DNA of 64,000 nt from the NCBI GenBank assembly GCA_030834445.1, contig JAURFC010000001.1:216813-280812 (forward strand), given 5' to 3'. The notes below the pieces were generated by a model, which did no database searches, was not told where the DNA came from, and worked only from the letters and a program-made list of their open reading frames with translations. Position numbers and translations under genes: made by a program. This DNA comes from Bacillota bacterium (GTDB lineage: Bacteria > Bacillota_I > Bacilli_A > RFN20 > CAG-826). Of the stretch, positions 60,294-64,000 are shown piece by piece (within the stretch, counting starts at the first letter, position 1; each line of letters begins with the position of its first letter).

Positions 60294-60629
60294 TTAGGAT
60301 TCGATGGCGTCTTGAAGCCGTTGAGCGCGACGGAGCTTCTTTTCTCGCTCCACTTGTTCGCGTTGGGCAATATGATTCAAGATGATGACTAAAAAGAGCA
60401 CGCCGGTAACAAGGAAAATCGCGCCCCCTTGTAGAAGCGTTAAGGATACGGAAAGAAAATCTTGAATGGATGCTTCCATCGTTTTAATCCAGTTATCCGC
60501 TGTAGGGACATTGAGAAAATCGGCGATAAAGCCAAAAAGCGAAGCCAAGAAACCAAGGCCGGCTATCAATCCAAAAAGGCTAATGCCTAACCAATCTTTT
60601 CGTGTGAGTGATGTTTGTTTTTTTTTCAT
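60294..60629 (-). CDS. Hypothetical 2-TM membrane protein
   Basis: Two hydrophobic helices, basic C-terminal REKKLRRAQRL; AGAGG RBS. Confidence 0.7.
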   Translation of the reverse strand: MKKKQTSLTRKDWLGISLFGLIAGLGFLASLFGFIADFLNVPTADNWIKTMEASIQDFLSVSLTLLQGGAIFLVTGVLFLVIILNHIAQREQVEREKKLRRAQRLQDAIES

Positions 60630-60676
60630 AAGTTAAACCTCTTTAGCATTGTATCAAAGACCGTCAAAAGTCTCAA

Positions 60677-61528
60677 TTAGGAGTGATCTTTTTCGAGGTA
60701 GGATTGCAATTCATAAACACGACGAACGATATGTTTAGCGTGTTGTTTGATCCGCGGATGCGCTTGCGCCATACAGAAGGAATGCTCAAACGTCTCGAAT
60801 AACGGGATATCATTGCCGGAATCACCAATCACATAAACATCGTTTGCATTGATGTTTTCCCGTTCCATGATGAGTTTTAGTCCATTGGCTTTACTCACGC
60901 TTTTTGGAGAAACCTCGATAATGTTATGAATCCATAATATGGATAGTTCAGGAAAGGCTTTTTGTAGACGCTCACTTTCATCATGCGATAATTTTTTGGA
61001 TTTATTGGATAAACCAAAATAAATGAGGAGGCGTTGCAAATCATCCCCATGGGCACTTAATTTATCCACAAAAACATCGTTATCAATTAAATACGGTTCA
61101 CGATACACGCCTTGATACCAATAATAGAGCCGATAAATCAAATTCAAATACCAAATTTTCCCCTTGGAATAAACAAGGTTTGTCACCGAATCCGCATCAA
61201 TCGAAAGCATGGTTCGTGCATGACGGCCGATAATATCTTCAAAGACCGCCCTGCTTAATTTGGCATCTAAATACGTCTTTTGAATCATTTCGTTGCGGTA
61301 ATAAACTTCCGAACCATTTCGTGAAACGATATCGATGGGAAGGTTAATTTTATCAATCACACGCTGAACAAAATGGCGATTACGAGACGTGACAAAGACC
61401 AGATGATGGCCTTGTGCCGCCGCCCAACGTAAGAAGCGAATGTTTTGGCGAGAGATAAATTGAAATCTTTTTTTGGGATAAAAAAGCGTCCCATCTAAAT
61501 CCATCGCAATGAGTTTGCGTTTATTCAC
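60677..61528 (-). CDS. Cof-type HAD-IIB hydrolase
   Basis: DLDGTL, TSR, SKANG, GDSGND. Confidence 0.9.
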   Translation of the reverse strand: MNKRKLIAMDLDGTLFYPKKRFQFISRQNIRFLRWAAAQGHHLVFVTSRNRHFVQRVIDKINLPIDIVSRNGSEVYYRNEMIQKTYLDAKLSRAVFEDIIGRHARTMLSIDADSVTNLVYSKGKIWYLNLIYRLYYWYQGVYREPYLIDNDVFVDKLSAHGDDLQRLLIYFGLSNKSKKLSHDESERLQKAFPELSILWIHNIIEVSPKSVSKANGLKLIMERENINANDVYVIGDSGNDIPLFETFEHSFCMAQAHPRIKQHAKHIVRRVYELQSYLEKDHS

Positions 61529-61535
61529 TTGTAAG

Positions 61536-62084
61536 TTATTGTACTTTATTTTCTGCTTGGATTAAACCATATCCGCCATCAACGCGGTGATAGAGAACAC
61601 TAATTTGTTTTTCTTCGACATCAAGATACATAAAAAAACTATGACCTAACGCTTCCATACGTGTAATTGCTTCTTCGAGTGTCATTGGTTGAAGATACAT
61701 ACTTTTCGTACGAACCAGTTTTTCAACTACAGTTTTCTTTTCTTCGTCTTGAATTTCGTCCATTAAGAAGGATTCTGCTAAACTTGGTTGCTTATGATCT
61801 TTCACGCGTGTTTTAAAGCGACGAAGTTGATTCACTAATTTATCAATGGCTAAATCAACGGCAGCGTATAAATCATCATGTTGAACTTCCGCACGTAAAT
61901 CCATCATTTTTGTAAAAACGGTAATTTCAACTTTCGCCCCGACTTTATACGAACGAACAAGAGCTCGACATGTCACGTCATCGTCGATGACAAAAAACTT
62001 TTCGAGTCGTTGTAATTTTTCTGTGATCGCAGAAGTGATCCCTTCCGTTACCGTAATATTCTTCCCGACAATTTGGTAGTGCAT
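61536..62084 (-). CDS. hpf: Long-form ribosome hibernation promoting factor
   Basis: GKNITVT, LRAE..DDLYAAVD, PMTLEEA..MEALGHSFF, YHR.DGGYGLI. Confidence 0.94.
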   Translation of the reverse strand: MHYQIVGKNITVTEGITSAITEKLQRLEKFFVIDDDVTCRALVRSYKVGAKVEITVFTKMMDLRAEVQHDDLYAAVDLAIDKLVNQLRRFKTRVKDHKQPSLAESFLMDEIQDEEKKTVVEKLVRTKSMYLQPMTLEEAITRMEALGHSFFMYLDVEEKQISVLYHRVDGGYGLIQAENKVQ

Positions 62085-62139
62085 GCAAGATCTCCTTTTC
62101 TACTTCTATTGTCGCAAATTTAACGTGAACTTAAAAGAC

Positions 62140-63318
62140 CTACTTCGCTTTTTCTAAGTGTGACTTAAACAAATCTAAACGATCTAAAGTTTCCCACGGT
62201 AGCGCAAGTTCAGGTCGTCCAAAGTGCCCATAGGCTGCTAAATCTTGATACTTAAATGACGGTTTTGTGAGTGAAAAATGACGCATAATCTCAGCAGGTT
62301 TAAAGAAAAAAGTCTTTTGAATCGCTGATAAGACAACTTTTTCTTCATATCCTGGTCGGAGGGTATCAAACGTAAACAAACTAATCGATACTGGTTGGGC
62401 AACCCCAATCATATAAGCAAGTTGTACCTCAACCTTATCTGCTACACCGGCTGCCACTACGTGGTTAGCAATGTAGCGAGCAAGATATGCTGCAGAGCGG
62501 TCAACTTTGGTAGGATCTTTTCCGGAAAAAGCACCACCACCATGACGGGCATAACCCCCATACGTATCCACAATAATCTTGCGACCCGTTAAGCCTGTAT
62601 CGCCTTTGGGTCCACCAATTGTAAATTTTCCACTGGGATTAATCGAAATGAGTCGTACGCTATCAAATCCAAATTGATGGATCACAGGATGAATCACTTC
62701 CTTGATGACGTCCACTTTAAATTGCGCTTCATTAAAGGATTCCTGGTGTTGAATTGACATGACAATATGATCAAGAGATGTTTTTTCGTCACTGTAATGG
62801 ACCGTGACTTGTGATTTCATATCGGGTAACGCATCACGAAGCTTACCTTGTTTTCGTAATGAAGAAGCGCGTTGAACAAGCGCATGCGCCATCGCAATCG
62901 GTAAAGGCATCCTTGTTTGCGTTTCATTCGTCGCAAAGCCAAACATGAGTCCTTGATCACCCGCTCCGACTTCATCACGATTAACCGCTTGATTGATGTC
63001 GTCAGATTGGGCTTGAACCCAATCATGGATGACGACGTCTGAAGCGGAAAAACCGAGACGCGAATCGGTATAGCCAATCCGTGTTAAAACGTGTTTAGCA
63101 ATTGTTTGAACATCCGGTTTTTGAAGCGAAGGATTTGAGAACTTTATTTCCCCTCCGATGAGTAACTTTTGTTCGGCTGCAAAACATTCAATCGCGACGT
63201 GAGCAAGCGGATCTAACGCTAAACACGCATCTAGCACCGCATCACTAATTTGATCACATACTTTGTCGGGATGGCCTTCAGAAACGGATTCGGATGTAAA
63301 ATAATAGTCTTGTTTCAT
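62140..63318 (-). CDS. metK: S-adenosylmethionine synthetase
   Basis: FTSESVSEGHPDK, GAGDQG, GGGAFSGKD, YGHFG; AAGGAGG RBS before ATG 63318. Confidence 0.97.
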   Translation of the reverse strand: MKQDYYFTSESVSEGHPDKVCDQISDAVLDACLALDPLAHVAIECFAAEQKLLIGGEIKFSNPSLQKPDVQTIAKHVLTRIGYTDSRLGFSASDVVIHDWVQAQSDDINQAVNRDEVGAGDQGLMFGFATNETQTRMPLPIAMAHALVQRASSLRKQGKLRDALPDMKSQVTVHYSDEKTSLDHIVMSIQHQESFNEAQFKVDVIKEVIHPVIHQFGFDSVRLISINPSGKFTIGGPKGDTGLTGRKIIVDTYGGYARHGGGAFSGKDPTKVDRSAAYLARYIANHVVAAGVADKVEVQLAYMIGVAQPVSISLFTFDTLRPGYEEKVVLSAIQKTFFFKPAEIMRHFSLTKPSFKYQDLAAYGHFGRPELALPWETLDRLDLFKSHLEKAK

Positions 63319-63335
63319 GATTATTTCCTCCTTAT

Positions 63336-63366
63336 AAAACAAAAACTTTCCACCTGGAGGAAAGTT
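63336..63366 (-). terminator. Attenuator/terminator in the metK leader
   Basis: AACTTTCC-TCCAGGT-GGAAAGTT followed by TTTGTTTT. Confidence 0.75.
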
Positions 63367-63383
63367 ATTCTTAAAACTTTCAA

Positions 63384-63480
63384 TCATATTGTCCTAGAGG
63401 TGGGCCCTAGGTGACCAGCACTTACTAACAAGGGTTAGAGTTGCTACTGTCTGAGGTCTATTAGACAGTTCTTAATATGA
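63384..63480 (-). ncRNA. SAM-I-type riboswitch (variant)
   Basis: P1 UCAUAUU/AAUAUGA, J1/2 AAGA, P3 GCAAC..GUGC, P4 CCUAGGG/CUCUAGG, pseudoknot GACC/GGUC; upstream of metK with a terminator. Confidence 0.82.
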
Positions 63481-63487
63481 CATAATT

Positions 63488-63516
63488 ATTATGGTAAAAA
63501 GGAATTAAAAAGTCAA
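63488..63516 (-). promoter_or_regulatory. Sigma-A promoter of the metK leader
   Basis: TTGACT-17-CATAAT, 7 nt before riboswitch P1. Confidence 0.75.
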
Positions 63517-63517
63517 A

Positions 63518-64000
63518 TTAGAAGTCAACAAGAAGGGTGCCTTCTGCATCTCCGGTTAAGCCTGCAGCGTTGCCTTCATCAGTATCAATATGCATCGCAA
63601 GGGAAAAGTCTTGACGAACACGAACAACTACATGGCCAAAAATTAAAGAACGATCGGCGTTTTCAATTTTAACCCCAACAATTTGTTTATCGTGAACATG
63701 GAATGCTGCGGCATCCTCGGGTGTCATGTGAATATGCCGTTTAGCAATAATACAACCTTGACTCAAGGTAATGGAACCTGCGGGTCCTTGAATGGTAATC
63801 GGAGAACTTCCTTGAATATCACCCGATTCACGCACAGGCGGTTTTAAACCAAGGGCGCGAGCTTCTGTCGCTGACACTTCGACTTGGGATGCCTTACGTA
63901 CGGGGCCTAAAACCACCACGTTTTCAAAGGATTTTTTGGGTCCAACAAGGGTTAAACGGACTTGAGAGACAAATTGGCCGGGTTGAGAAAGCGGACGAAC
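63518..64000 (-). CDS. pduL: PduL-type phosphate acyltransferase (5' end outside window)
   Basis: PLSQPGQF, VLGPVR...QVEVS, PPVRESGD, AKRHIHM, MHIDTDEGNAAG. Confidence 0.92.
   Translation of the reverse strand, partial: VRPLSQPGQFVSQVRLTLVGPKKSFENVVVLGPVRKASQVEVSATEARALGLKPPVRESGDIQGSSPITIQGPAGSITLSQGCIIAKRHIHMTPEDAAAFHVHDKQIVGVKIENADRSLIFGHVVVRVRQDFSLAMHIDTDEGNAAGLTGDAEGTLLVDF

Noticed and set aside
63319-63387. N-terminal extension of the metK ORF
   Set aside because: It runs through the attenuator hairpin; the AAGGAGG RBS supports ATG 63318

Overview
Gene-dense, AT-rich core-chromosome segment, translated with genetic code 11 (TGA is used as a stop). It comes from a genome-reduced member of the Bacilli, probably a Mollicutes-adjacent lineage such as RFN20/RF39/Acholeplasma relatives; this is inferred from gene content: family I ppa, PASTA-less PrkC, PduL and archaeal-type ProS. 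It holds about 60 mostly housekeeping CDS (leuS, rpmB, the gmk-priA-rsmB-rlmN-prpC-prkC-rsgA-rpe cluster, eno, proS, coaD, def, rnj, trpS, pgm, hpf, metK) and four tRNAs (Gly-TCC, Ser-GCT, Ser-CGA, Ser-GGA). I saw no mobile element, prophage or CRISPR array. The most notable items are: a miniaturised Leu T-box; a SAM-I-like riboswitch lacking the P2 kink-turn; a 2415-aa acidic, repeat-containing membrane protein with a CvpA-like anchor, divergent from a CPBP-protease/TraX/thioredoxin unit; a GNAT N-acyltransferase + PlsC-like acyltransferase + amino-acid symporter operon that may make an amino-lipid; and several apparently inactive or truncated relics (RsmB, GGDEF-EAL, RqcH, PrkC). All assignments come from motif recognition by eye; no database searches were run.
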